Assembly: GCA_030141605.1 (NCBI GenBank) | Contig: JAQGDQ010000493.1 | Coordinates: forward strand, 1 to 64,000 | Length of the DNA: 64,000 nucleotides | Reading direction: 5' to 3' | Source of the DNA: Tubiluchus corallicola | Lineage: Eukaryota > Animalia > Priapulida | Part shown: positions 1-12,100 of the stretch, one piece after another | Layout: each line of letters begins with the position of its first letter | Position numbering within the stretch: the first letter of the stretch is position 1 | Notes under the pieces: generated by a model | Databases searched by the model: none | Seen by the model: only the letters and a program-made list of their open reading frames with translations | Told to the model about the DNA's origin: nothing | Position numbers and translations under genes: made by a program

Positions 1-1345
1 TTACATGTCTTGATTGGTATGAAACTATGCTACACTCCACAAACAAACAAACATGTTAGTAGTAACAGAACTATCAATATTAGGGAGCTGCCACTTTGTT
101 GCTGAATTCCACAAAACACAGTGCACTGTTGGTGTTGTACAAGCTCAAGTGCACTTAAGCAGTAAAGAGTGCACATACTCATCTTTGCTGTTTAACTTAG
201 GCCCAATACGTTTAATGTGTAATGCTTCCAGTATTGAAAGATCATGGTAATTGTACATAATGTGTACACAATGGTACATAAAACCGACAGACACAGGACC
301 ATCATTAAATTACAATGCGATAGCTCCAACTCGCTACAAGCAAGCAGTTATACATGGAGGGGTTCACCGACTTTACAGGATAGCCAGCAGTGAGAACATC
401 TTTAAAGCTGACCTGGACAAATTTTCCAATCGTTCTCAAAATAATCAGTATCCTGAAAGTTTTATGAAACGGGAGTTTGACAAAGCAATATCTAGCCTGG
501 CAACTTCAGATTTTTCCTAACAGTCAGAGCCTGTAGCAGATACAACTGAAACAACTATTTTGAAAATACCATATAGAGGCAGGATTAGTGATGGATTTAG
601 ACATCGTATCAAGCGGTTAGTACTAGATGCCCGCATTGTGATGACAACTGTGAAGTTGAGGTCTACACTACCTACGCTGAAATCTGCTGTTCCAAAGTTC
701 ATACAGTCTAATCTAGAGTACCATTTTAAATGTGAATCGTGCAATGATTCCTATGTCAGTCATGCGATACGACATCTTTCATTTAGATTAGATGAACATC
801 ACAGAACGACACAGAGATCTCAAAGGTGCCAAAGTGGGCAGGCATTTGAAGTAAACAATGTCAAAATCTTAGCCAAAGGACACAATTACCTGTGATTTGT
901 CAATACTGGAAGTGTTACACATTAAACGTATTGGACCTAAGTTAAACAGCAAAGATGAGTATGTGTACTCTTTACTGCTGAAGTGCACATGAGCTTGTAC
1001 AACACCAACAGTGCATTGTGTTTTGTGGAATTCAGCAACAAAATGGCAGCTCCCTAATATTCTGTGACTATTAACATGTCTGTGGAGTGTAGCATAGTTT
1101 CATACCCATGAAGACATGTAATCCGCAAGGTAAATTGCTAAATTATCTGTAGAACAGTTTATCATATACCTTTTGGCTATCTAACTACTGAATTGCATTT
1201 CGATGTTGTTTCTAAATTCTGGTAAATTTCTTTGCTTTAGATGTCTTGACAATGAACAGTTTGTTCGCAACCGGTCGGCAATAGATTCAAATTTAGTGTA
1301 GTTACTTCTGTTTGCCAAATATGGATAATTCCATAAAATTAATTA
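1..1345 (+). mobile_element. Penelope-like retroelement remnant (RT C-terminus + GIY-YIG endonuclease, decayed) with inverted pseudo-LTR
   Basis: ORF 251-520 (WYIKPTDTG...AVIHGGVHRLYRI...NNQYP) resembles the PLE RT thumb/linker. ORF 560-895 (KIPYRG...YHFKCESCNDSYVSHAIRHLSFRLDEH) resembles a Penelope GIY-YIG domain. The two are separated by a stop/frameshift. Bases 1-237 are the reverse complement of about 900-1121, the inverted pLTR arrangement typical of PLEs. Confidence 0.85.
1242..1280 (+). ncRNA. Minimal type I hammerhead ribozyme motif in the Penelope pLTR (U3-A8 variant; A13 mutated to C)
   Basis: Stem I TGTC(1242-45)/GGCA(1277-80); core TTGACAA(1246-52); stem II GAAC/GTTC; GCAA in place of GAAA; palindromic stem III ACCGGT; GTC cleavage triplet. 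Confidence 0.7.
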
Positions 1346-1424
1346 CATCTCTTTAAAGGGCTTCCTTTAAAATGTTGCTAAATATGAATTATGTACTCTA
1401 TACAACACGTTATACACAATAATA

Positions 1425-1782
1425 CAGTGGTTCCCAAACTTTCTCGGACCGTTACCCAAATCGGGAAACCCGGTCGTGTCCATTACCCCCCACCTAGTAC
1501 TACTTCTCCAACTCGAAAAGTAAACACACGTATATGCCACAAGCAAGCAAAATTATTTATGTTTGCTCGTGACATAAATAAATTTCCAGGTGTTGTTGTT
1601 GTATTGTTGCCAAAACAAGAATTACAATTATGACATAGTGTTGCCTGCTTCTCTTGAAGAAGAAAACTACGTAAAATGCATTCCGAGCGAAGTTTTAAAA
1701 ATTTTCAGAGGGGTGCCCGTTACCCCCCAAAAAAAACATATTACCCCCGGGGGGTAATTTACCCCTACTTTGAGAACCACTG
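1425..1782. mobile_element. hAT (Charlie-like) MITE
   Basis: TIRs CAGTGGTTCCCAAA / TTTGAGAACCACTG, flanked by an exact 8-bp TSD CAATAATA (1417-1424 and 1783-1790). Confidence 0.9.
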
Positions 1783-1811
1783 CAATAATATAACAGGGAG
1801 AGAATCAACTG

Positions 1812-2833
1812 ACGTCTAACATAATGTCAATCATTTTCCTTGACTGCCCAATAAGTGTTCAAATTATTTTGTGCCCCTGCAGAGCTTAATTAATGCAGGT
1901 ACGTTCGGCACATTTAGCTACAGCTGCGTCTGATACTGTTGTGAAAAATGCTCAGCTTTTCATTAGGTAGCGGGATATAATATTGGCCTAGCTAGATTTT
2001 ATTATTGCCAATTGAAATTGCTAGTGAATTAGTGAAAATATATAGTCTAGTTTTGTTTATAGGAAGAAATACACAACGCTTACATCAACGCGTTGCTGAC
2101 TAAACCATTTTGCAATCAAGAAAATATGCAGTTTAATTTAGTTTATGGCTTTGTAAGTTAGATAAAAACGACTATTTGATTAACTTTTAACAAAATATTT
2201 TATTTTCTGGCCAGTTTTTATAAACCCCATCTTCACAGTCAAAATGAATTCAAATGTGGTCAAAACTTATATTTTACATCAATGTAATACAAGCAATTTC
2301 TAGGCTATTTTTCTGGTTATGATCGTGATTAAAAGATGCCATTGGGACTTACGTGACTCAGGCATTAAATATGAGGGTTGTCTGTAGAATGGAACAGTCA
2401 AATTTATTCCATTTCCGTAGCCTGACAAACGGAAAAATACAAAAAAGAATAAATCTTGCAGACGAGCACATGATCAGTTAATATAGAAAAATACATCACA
2501 GGCTTGATGTTCATCTGTTTAATGGCAAGAGAGACTTAATATTTTTGTTGCTAATTTATTGTAAAGCAAAGCTAACTGGCCTAGTTTCTTTATTATGCTT
2601 ATGTCTCTGTATTTTGTAGTGCTTTGAAACTTCGTCTCTGCATTCTGTTTAAATTGGAAGTCATTTTTGGTCAACAGAGTAATTTCATGTAAAAATAGCT
2701 GCTGCTCTGCAAATTTGTGTTTATGAAAAAGCGCAATCAGTTTGTCTGTTGAATAGCCATTAGCTTTGACTGTCATGTTGTTAATTCAGTTTAGTTTAGC
2801 TTAGCTTAGACAGTTCTGCGTGAGCTGTTGTCC
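1812..2833 (+). repeat. ~1 kb non-coding interspersed repeat, copy 1
   Basis: Colinear, highly similar copy at about 60519-61510 in the same orientation. Confidence 0.9.
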
Positions 2834-3154
2834 CGAATGCCGCTGAGCGTGCTTGCGTTACAGCGGGGGCGGAGTGATAGACCAATTGACGTCAATTAGT
2901 CCTATGGTAGTCTTTTCGCATGTTTTCAGTAAAGTTTCAGATGTAATGTCTTTTAGGTTGTCATGTTTGCTGTCAAACTATACAAGGAAATTGCATAGAA
3001 AGAATAATCAAGGATAAGAATAGGTATCAGTTACATACTGGCCAACGAAAACAAACTAGCTAACTAGTACCTCCTTCGACAATTAAATATTTCTCATGTC
3101 TCGAACTCGATGTTTTCATTATCGTTACCAATATTATGCTAATTATCCTTTCAG

Positions 3155-6100
3155 GGAAGAAAACTTCATCAAGAACAAAAAGGTTTCTGAAGGACAATTA
3201 GTAGATGAAGGTAACGAACAACGTGTCACACTAAGTACTGCGTTTGCTATAAAATCAGAAGAGAATTTTAACGTCGACTGCCACATTTTGTGTTGCGAAC
3301 TTTCACTACCATCTGTAGTTCTAGCCGAGTCCATTTCTTCGCCCAAAGAAGTTGTGCTACAAAAGTTAGGAAACGACGAAAGATCAGAAAATATTGTAAA
3401 TGTAGAAGCAGTTGTAAGTGAGAATGTGCCTACTGACTCTGCAGAAAACTTGAATGTACCAGGGGACACTAAACAGGCCCTTGAGACTTCTGTGAATTTG
3501 TTAGATTTCTCATGTGCATCTATTGACGAACCAACCAAAGAGGTAACTGCTGAAGCAGATTTGATTATCAGTTCTGAGGTACCTGAAGAAGACTCTGATT
3601 ATCGTGTTCTTACTGATCTTAATGAAAATAAAATAAATTTTGAAGAAAACGCGGTTTCAAGTGATACACCAGTGAATCTCATCGACCGTGGTATTTCTTC
3701 ATTATCACAACCTTCAGTTACTGTTAAATTTGCAGAAGATTCCGAAAAAGACTTGTCCAATTTATGCGATGTAAATCAAGATAAACTTCTTGCTGAACGT
3801 TGCATTCGTCCTCTTGAAACATCAGTGAATTTGTTAGATTTTTCGCTGACTGCTCCAGATACTTCTGCAAACGTTGTTGCTGCAAATGACTTGAAAGCCT
3901 CTTCCAGGAAGTGTGAATGTGATATTGCATTAAAAGATTCTACTCCAAGTTTACTTGATGTTTCCTTATCTGGTTATCCCGAAGGAGAATCGTCCAACAC
4001 AAACTGTGTTGTAAGTGAAAATAAACTTGCAGAACAAGTGGGTGATCTTATACCAATTACTAATACACTATCACCTGCAGAACAAACAGAAGCAGGACTT
4101 TGTGATACAGAATCTACAAAGCATATTACTGCAGGAACAGGCAGTGCCTTTTCTGAGTCATCTACGACTGTTGTCGACGAAGATACTGTTCAGGAAAACA
4201 CTGCTGTCCAATTGTCTCATACAGCTACTAAACCTGTAAAAGCTTTAACTACTGATACTGTACTGTCTCCATTAGATGACATAGCTTTTGACGAAGATTT
4301 CGATGATAGTGATCCGGCTGACGTTACTGTTGTAGCTGCCAATTTTGAAAATCCTGTGCCTGAAGAAATTAGTTTATTAACAACTGCTAAAGAATCCCTA
4401 GGAGAGCCTGATTTGTCTGATATAGTAACTTCTAAATCGGAGCAAGTCGAGGAACAGTCTACAACTAAAGCAGAAGCTGTAACAGTATCATACATAACGG
4501 TTGATGAACAAGTATGTTCTGGGTCTGAAAAGCCCGAAACTGTTACAGAAACTGAGGTGAAAATAGATGATAATGATATTACAAATGAGGCTGTGGTAGA
4601 TTTATCCAAAACTGAAAGTCATGTGAATAATAGTGATCCATTTAATTCTTTTGATGAAATTCCAATTAAAAAAGGATCATACGTCATAAACTGGGATGAG
4701 ATAGACGAATTTACCAATCCGTTTGATGAGAAAGTAAGATCCGTTACTAAAGTTAATAAGCAACCAGAAGAAAAAGTTTCTGGTCAAAACTGTCGGAAAA
4801 ATTTATTCGACGAACAAAACTCACCTCAAGAAAAAGAAGTTCATACGGACTGTGTTATTAAGGACGTGGAACTTATCATACCTGTCAACGGAGAAGAGAT
4901 TACTGTGGAAAAGTCTATTGATGGTATTGAGGAAACTACGGCAATTGTGAAAGTTTCTGAAAATTGGGAAAAATCCATTAAGAAGGTAATGATTGAAAAG
5001 TTTTATTTTTAAAATAAATGTAATTCCTGCCATTTATAACTTCCTGTTGAGGTTTTTATCCTTTCTTTTCTATGCTTTTCTATTCCTTTTCACATTCTTT
5101 TTTCTGCATAACTTGAGGGTACTCAAGATGATCTATTGTGATGTAACTTGAGTGCTACTGTGAGATATGGTATGTATCCAAAAGAATTTTTAAACGATAT
5201 TCTTACCATTTTTACATTATGAAAAAAATGTCATATGTACGTTTGTTATTATTATCATTATTATAACTTATTTCTGCTGATTATACTCATTGTTTGCTCA
5301 TTCTTGATTTTGCTGATGTTGTAATTGGTTACAGGGTGTTTGATAACCTTGATTTTATTTTATTATTATTATTATTATTGTTATTATTATTGATTTTGTA
5401 ATTAGATTTTGCATGAATTATGTTTTTTATATAGACTTTATTTCCTTTTTGGTTTGTTTTCCATTTTTTGCATGATTGCATGATATATATTATAAATTGA
5501 TTTATGCATGATTTAATCTTACTTAGATTAAATAAATTTCATGAATTTGCCTAATTTGTTATAACTAGCTGTAAATTGTTTGAAAATTAATTATTAACAT
5601 TATTAACATTTTGGTTACTGAATAACAAACAGTTTTAGTAGCTAAAATAATGCTACTAAACCATCAGTTTCTATGAAAGGGTGGCTGATTTGATAACTTC
5701 AGTTTTCGTTACCCCTTTCTCTGTGTACGAGTTATTTGCAGTTCTTACTCTAATTTTTGACACTATTATGGGTCAAAAGCGAACTGAATCTAAATCTATC
5801 TGTCCTCCTCCCCTTCATTTCTTTCTTTTTTGTGATTTTCTTTTCAGTTTGAAATTCTAACATTATCCATTACCGTAGACACTTCCTCCTCCACATGTCG
5901 GCATAAGCAAGTTGTACTACTTGAAAATATAATAAATTAGTCATGCCTACAATTCGAACAGAACGTTACAAACATTCAGCAATGCCTGTGCGTTATTAGA
6001 ACCACTAAACAGTAGTGAGGGACTTGTTTCTAAATCAGAGTAAAAGATTTATTTTCACAATTGTTTTTAAACTGTTTCGCTGACCTTGTGGTGTCATTTC

Positions 6101-9100
6101 TTCAAATTTTTTTCTTGTAAGCAATGTCTCTTATGCATCTTTTGACTTTTTCTCATTTTTATTGAATTTACACCTTGTATTCAGTTTTACTGCTATGGTG
6201 TGATTTTCTAATAAAACCTATTATTTCTTTTATTTTTATTTATCTATTAGTCCTTCCAGGCTTTTATCTTAACTTTGTTAAACATGTAAGGTTAGTTTTG
6301 TTCAAATGTGCACAATTAATCCAATCATTTAACATTCCTTTTCACTGTGAGCTGTTATATAGTTTCTATAAAAAACTTTCTGGCGGAGATTTTCTTTTTA
6401 AACAATAGCATTTCTTATTCTAGAGGCCATTGCCAGAATCTCCTCTTAAACCTCTAAACGTTGACGAAATACCGCTAGTGGCGCCATCTACGATGGCGGA
6501 CGACGACATTCCTCTACCAAAAGGCACATACAACATCAACTGGGATGAGATCGATGAAAACACAAATCCTTTCGACACGCGAACCAAAGTTACCAGCAAT
6601 ACCCCACTCAAACCTATGAAAGAAATGAGTCCGTCTGCTGAACCAGTAGATAATAGTGTGCCTGCTGATAAAGGTAAAACATTCAATCTAGTAGCGACTG
6701 CTCATTTACATTGATGACACTCAAATTAATAACAATCTGATCGTTAATACTGATTATTTCATCACTTATTTCAGACAGCCTTATTTTGATCAGTCTGTAT
6801 GTTGTAAAATTGTAATATGAGATTGCTTACTTGATGATATAAAACTTAGTTTTCTCAAATATGAAGTTGTCGTTGAACTTTGAAAAAATGTTTTCCATAC
6901 AGTAGTATATTCTAGTTGCACTGTTTAAAAGCGGAGGAAAGGGGATTTTAAAGTATATTTCAAAAAACTCCATACCAAGTTATATTACTTATCATTGCCT
7001 TCGCTGTTTGAAAGACTTGCATAATGGGAAAAGAGAATTCTTAATAATTTAAAATATTTGCCTCACCTGATAAAACATCACTGCATTGCCATCCCAGTGT
7101 GCACCACTTGTTCATGAAAAAACACGTTATTGATCTTTTTGACAGGTTAAAGTAATTTATACATTTGGCTGTTAGTTAAGGGTGTGCTGTGAATGCTTTG
7201 AGAATAGTCTTAATAATTACTGATTAATAATTTCTTAGTTTTAAACTTTCATTAAAAGATAATTACTTTGTTCTTTCAGTTGCACCAGTAAATGAAGAGA
7301 GTCAGAAAGCTAGCGACAAGGGTACTAAAAAGCCTGCATCTAAGAAACCTGTGTAAGTCTTCGGTAAAATATCAGAATATTTAGTAAAATATTACAGGTG
7401 TGACATGAAGCTGTTGGCCATATATTTCAAATTTGTTTTAAACATAACCTAGTTTTGTTTTAACCATCTTGCGCCTGCATTTAAATTGTTAAGTGGCATT
7501 TACCAGATATTGTGAATGCGTTGTGCTTTATCCGCCTGCAGAATATCTGAGTCTAAGAAATCAATATGAAATAGCTGCAGAAAAAATAATGCATAATGCA
7601 GGTTTGATAAACGGATGTATTGCAAACAACATAAACCGATTTTATCTACTCAGCATCCGCACAAAACATATGCATTTCGGATGTCTACTTTATCCGATTT
7701 AAGAAAGGTGCGAAGATAATTTTTGATTTCAAACCATTAGCTTGCTGTTTTGTTATACATAGACATTTGCTGTTGTTATAGTACCCACTTCATTGTAGTA
7801 TGGTTTCTCATGTAGGAACTTTTTATTTTGCAAGTAATAAGTAACTTCTAAGTCCCCTGTGTTCTGATATGTTACCGGGTTTGTATAACAAAGTGTTGGC
7901 ATTAAAGATATTAAGTTTTTGACTGTTGAAGTCTACAGAAATGTGCAGAGATTATGAAACCTACAAAACACGTAGTGCTGTTTTACATTTTTGAAATCTG
8001 CTGTTTTTCAGGACAAAAAAGGGTGTAAATGGGGAAGCAACCGCAGAGGAGAAAAAACCGAAAGTTGTGCGATCGTCGATCCGCGATCAAATCAAAGCTG
8101 CCCGTGCCGCTGGTGCACAGAAGAAAAACACCGATGCTATGGATGCTGTGGACGACATCGCTTTATTTGTCCCAACCAACAATAACGACAAAAACACAGA
8201 GTCATTAGAAAACACAGTGGGTTGTTCCGCCACTGATGTAAACAGTAATTCTCAGCCAAATGTGGATAACACGAACAATTCTACTGACGCTAATGCAGAG
8301 AAAGTAGAAACAAACAATCGCCTCGTATCTGAAAGTGATGCGTTGGATACGAATCATATGCGAGACTCTGGCATTGGAGATTCACCTAATGCCAATAAAC
8401 ATAACACCGCTAAAGCACCGAGTCTCGTGCCGGACGGTTCTACGGTGAAAACGGTTCAAAACGGCATGGTCGATGCAACGAGTGGTGAAGAAAACCAACG
8501 GGTAACCGGGGATGGTAGTGCGCATTCGTTCGCAACTGCGCTGTCCAGCGGGGAAGAGGAGTTCTTCGACTCGGAATCGGGGACGACGATACCGCAGGCA
8601 TTGTTGCCAAGCATAAACGGGATGACGGAGAGTGCAATGACGGCCACGAACGAGTTTCCGGCAGACGGGGTAGACTTCCCAGAGGAGGATTTCAAACCAG
8701 CCATTGAAGGTATGCAGATATAGGGCTATCTCTCATTTGAAGCAATTTGGGTTAATATTTCACACACGCATGGCTAAATTTTGCAAACCCTTATAAGCCT
8801 GATTTCAGCATTATTTTGCAAAGTAGAACGTCATTGAATTATGTTTATGCTAATATCGCTACATGCATTTGTTTTGGATGTGCATAGCACACTTTCGCAC
8901 ATTTTTCGACAGTCTGAATGATTAATTAGTAATTACCTTTGTTATTTTACTTACATACATGTTTGTTTGAGTTAATATAGTTAATGATATATCGTTACCC
9001 TGGCTTCACAATATTTTTTTATTTTAGGTTTTCCGGTAGAGATTTTCAGTGTTTAGTGTTATATGACTGTTACAGAAAAACCTGAAAGTCATTTGAAGTC

Positions 9101-12100
9101 ATAAGATAAAATCCCTATTTACTTTGGGGGATTTTGTGTGGTTAATAATAAATAATACAAATATTATTTCATATTACACTTGAACAAGCTTTAATATATC
9201 GTATATACATGATCGAATTGCTGTGGGAAATGGGTACATTTGTATACGTTTGTCTTGCCAAGTTTCATGACATGGTCTTCTAACTTTACATGCACTCCAA
9301 AACTATACTTCAGATGAAGTTTCTGTATAAATGAATTTCACTATGAATAAATATGACACGAGGTCTACACCTTAGGTGAAAAGTAGCGACATACATAGAT
9401 TTTTCGTTATTGTTTTTCTTTTATCGCAGGTTTCATCATTAATGTTACACGCCTAATTCGAATACGTCCCTTTCACATTTAAGGTCGTCTGCATGTATTC
9501 ATGATGCCTTGTTTTCTTTTGTTTTGCAATTTTATTTGTTTTAACTTTTGCATGTTTATGTGCTAATTTTGTTCCTTTTTGCTTTTGCATTGCATCTACA
9601 GTTATGAGTGCTCTTACCGATCCGAATGAGCTTGACTACTTGGAAAATGTTGGAGGAGGAATGGATGACTTCAAAGCATCTGCTTTAGCTAGGCAATCCC
9701 TTTATAGAAAGTTTGACCCTCTGGTCGAAAATGCAAGTCCCGGTTAGTACCCTGTTATTGTCTTTGCTGTTTAGTTCTCAGATGTGTTGTGTTATAATTT
9801 TGATGACTGTTCAAAGTTCAAAATTTATTCATTGAAAAGAATTGTTATATAAACATACCTATAAGCAAGTTCGACATGATTCTACCCATAAATTTTAAAA
9901 CTGCTAATTTGTCAATTTTAAATTTTATTTTCAAAAGTGAGCTGTGGCGAGAATGCAGGAAAATTCTAGAATTTGCCAATTTTCCTCTAGAGTTAATCTC
10001 ATTTTCCCTAACTTATGAAATGCTTGTTTGGGGGCAACGAATTAAAAAATCCAACAAGTAAAAAAAGAAAGAACTGCCGTTCTTTGAGCAGTCCAAAAAT
10101 CTCAAATGAGAGAGAAATTAAGCAGAATAGAAATTAATAAGAATTTGAATATGAGACAGCTCTCCTGAGACTCGTCATCTTTAACAGAGAAAAACGTAAT
10201 GCCCTTTATAGTCTCAAGGATTGTAATATTCATTCAGTGGCACTAGCAGGCCAATTTTTTTCTCTGTTAATTAGAATTCTCTGACTCAGTGGTCACGTCT
10301 TACTAAAATTTGTAAGTTTGTTGACTTGGGATTCGATACTGCTTTACTAATAAGTTTTTTATCTTGGCAACTTTGGATTTGAGTCGCAAAATTGAAAAAC
10401 TTAGACTTGGCTTGAGACTCAAACCCTATGGAACTTGACTTGACTTCAGACTCAAACCCTTTGGAACTTGAGTCTTGACCAAGTGACCTCATAGTCACTT
10501 AGTACTTTTTACTGCAAATATTGTTCAGTTTGGTTGGTGTTTAAAAATAGCAAAAAAAGCACTGCGATAAATTTGATGTGCACAGCTAGGTATTTAAGCT
10601 TATGTATAAACTATGAGCTTAGCACCATTATGGCGATATTAAATTCAAGAGGTGACTTGAACTGAATAATGACACCACTCTTTATTTATTGTAATACCCT
10701 GCCCACAATCCACATTCTGCATTTTCATGACACAAACAATTCAGATTTTTTTAACAGTTTTCAATGTTTTCAGATGTTACCGGTCGAAAATCCATCCTAG
10801 CGGGCGGCCCTGATGTTATGCAAACGAGGTATTGTTTGTTTGGTCTTAATTATGGGGCAGACATTTACTAGACATGCAAGTATAGTGGTGCTTGGTGTAA
10901 ATGGCAAGATCATTAGCAATACGAGCTGAAATTTTTGAAATTAGTTCGTTTTACACATCTAGGGAGACGACATTTAAACTTCTGCTGTGTAAACAAAGCC
11001 AACAGACTTTCTATAATTAACTATTTGTGTCCATGATAAGCAGTGTTAAAGACTGTTCTTGGACAAGCATAGCCATGACTGATAAAAACGTCTGTGTGGT
11101 GCTTGTTACATCTTATATGATATATATTGAATGCTTATTTGACCTCTGCCGAATTTCGTATTTCAGCGAAGACGTGTTGTTGATGGGAACTCCGCCTACA
11201 AGCCAGAATTCATTGCACGGCGCCATTGTGGGCCAAACTGCCAAGACCAGCCAGAAACCTGTATTAGATTATAGCATCATGAACAACACTGCACTAGGGG
11301 TTTGTGTTTAACATGGTCATAGCATTTGTGTGCGTAAATCACTACATACATTTTTTCGTTGTTGTTGTTGTTGTCGCTGCTGCTACTGTAGCAGTGGTTC
11401 TAATGTTTCACCTTACCTTTTGACACTGAAACTGTTTCTATGAAGACCTATAAGAGTTGTTCGCTACTGCACTTGTACATTTCTTGCTCACATTTTATAA
11501 TACAATTTTATGTAATAAGTGTGTATGGCGGGGCCGGAATCTAACTCTTTATCAAAGATAATCTCTCTGATAAACACATTCCATGGTGAGATAATTAATG
11601 GCTGAAGTCTTAGAAACCTTATAAATATACTTATACATATACATGTAGTATAATTCTTAATTATTAAGAATATGGAGTTCGGTTACATTTAGATTCGAAT
11701 ATTTGCTTAAACTCTGTTTCTTTTTTCTCAGTAGATTGTTTTAGTGTGGAGCAGGTTATTTTAGTTTTTCCTTTCTCTTTCAGCAACCCGGGTCAGCATT
11801 GAGTGATGAAAACTCAGAGGTAGGTACCAGTTTTGCTCAACCTTTTATCTTAGATTTTTATTACTTTGGCCATCAAAAAGTTTTTGGGCATCAGGAAACG
11901 TAAGCTGTGTTTTGAGCGTAAGGATTTTAAGGAGTGCAGACGATTGTTTTGGCTAAAAATGCCAAAATTAAGCCAATAGAAAGAAATCAGTCGATTTATG
12001 ATACTGAAATTGCTAAGGCATACAAAATTGTTGCAAAATCAAACATTTACAGTTGGAGCTTGACATGTGGTCTTGTAAATGGTGTTGCGGCATGTTTGTA

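Noticed and set aside
3096-3154. ATG at 3096 as the TACC start
   Set aside because: A good branch site and acceptor (GCTAAT...CCTTTCAG) precede 3155, and the upstream residues are compositionally unlike the acidic exon, so this is probably intron read-through. Not fully excluded.
3143-8704. Antisense or alternate-frame ORFs over TACC exons (and similar ones over SAMM50, the GPCR and the FPGS last exon)
   Set aside because: They are shadows of real coding exons and have no independent motifs.
9020-9440. Candidate microexons in the TACC intron before the Aurora-site exon
   Set aside because: Acceptor-like sites exist (about 9028 and 9429), but I found no frame-preserving exon with a convincing donor.
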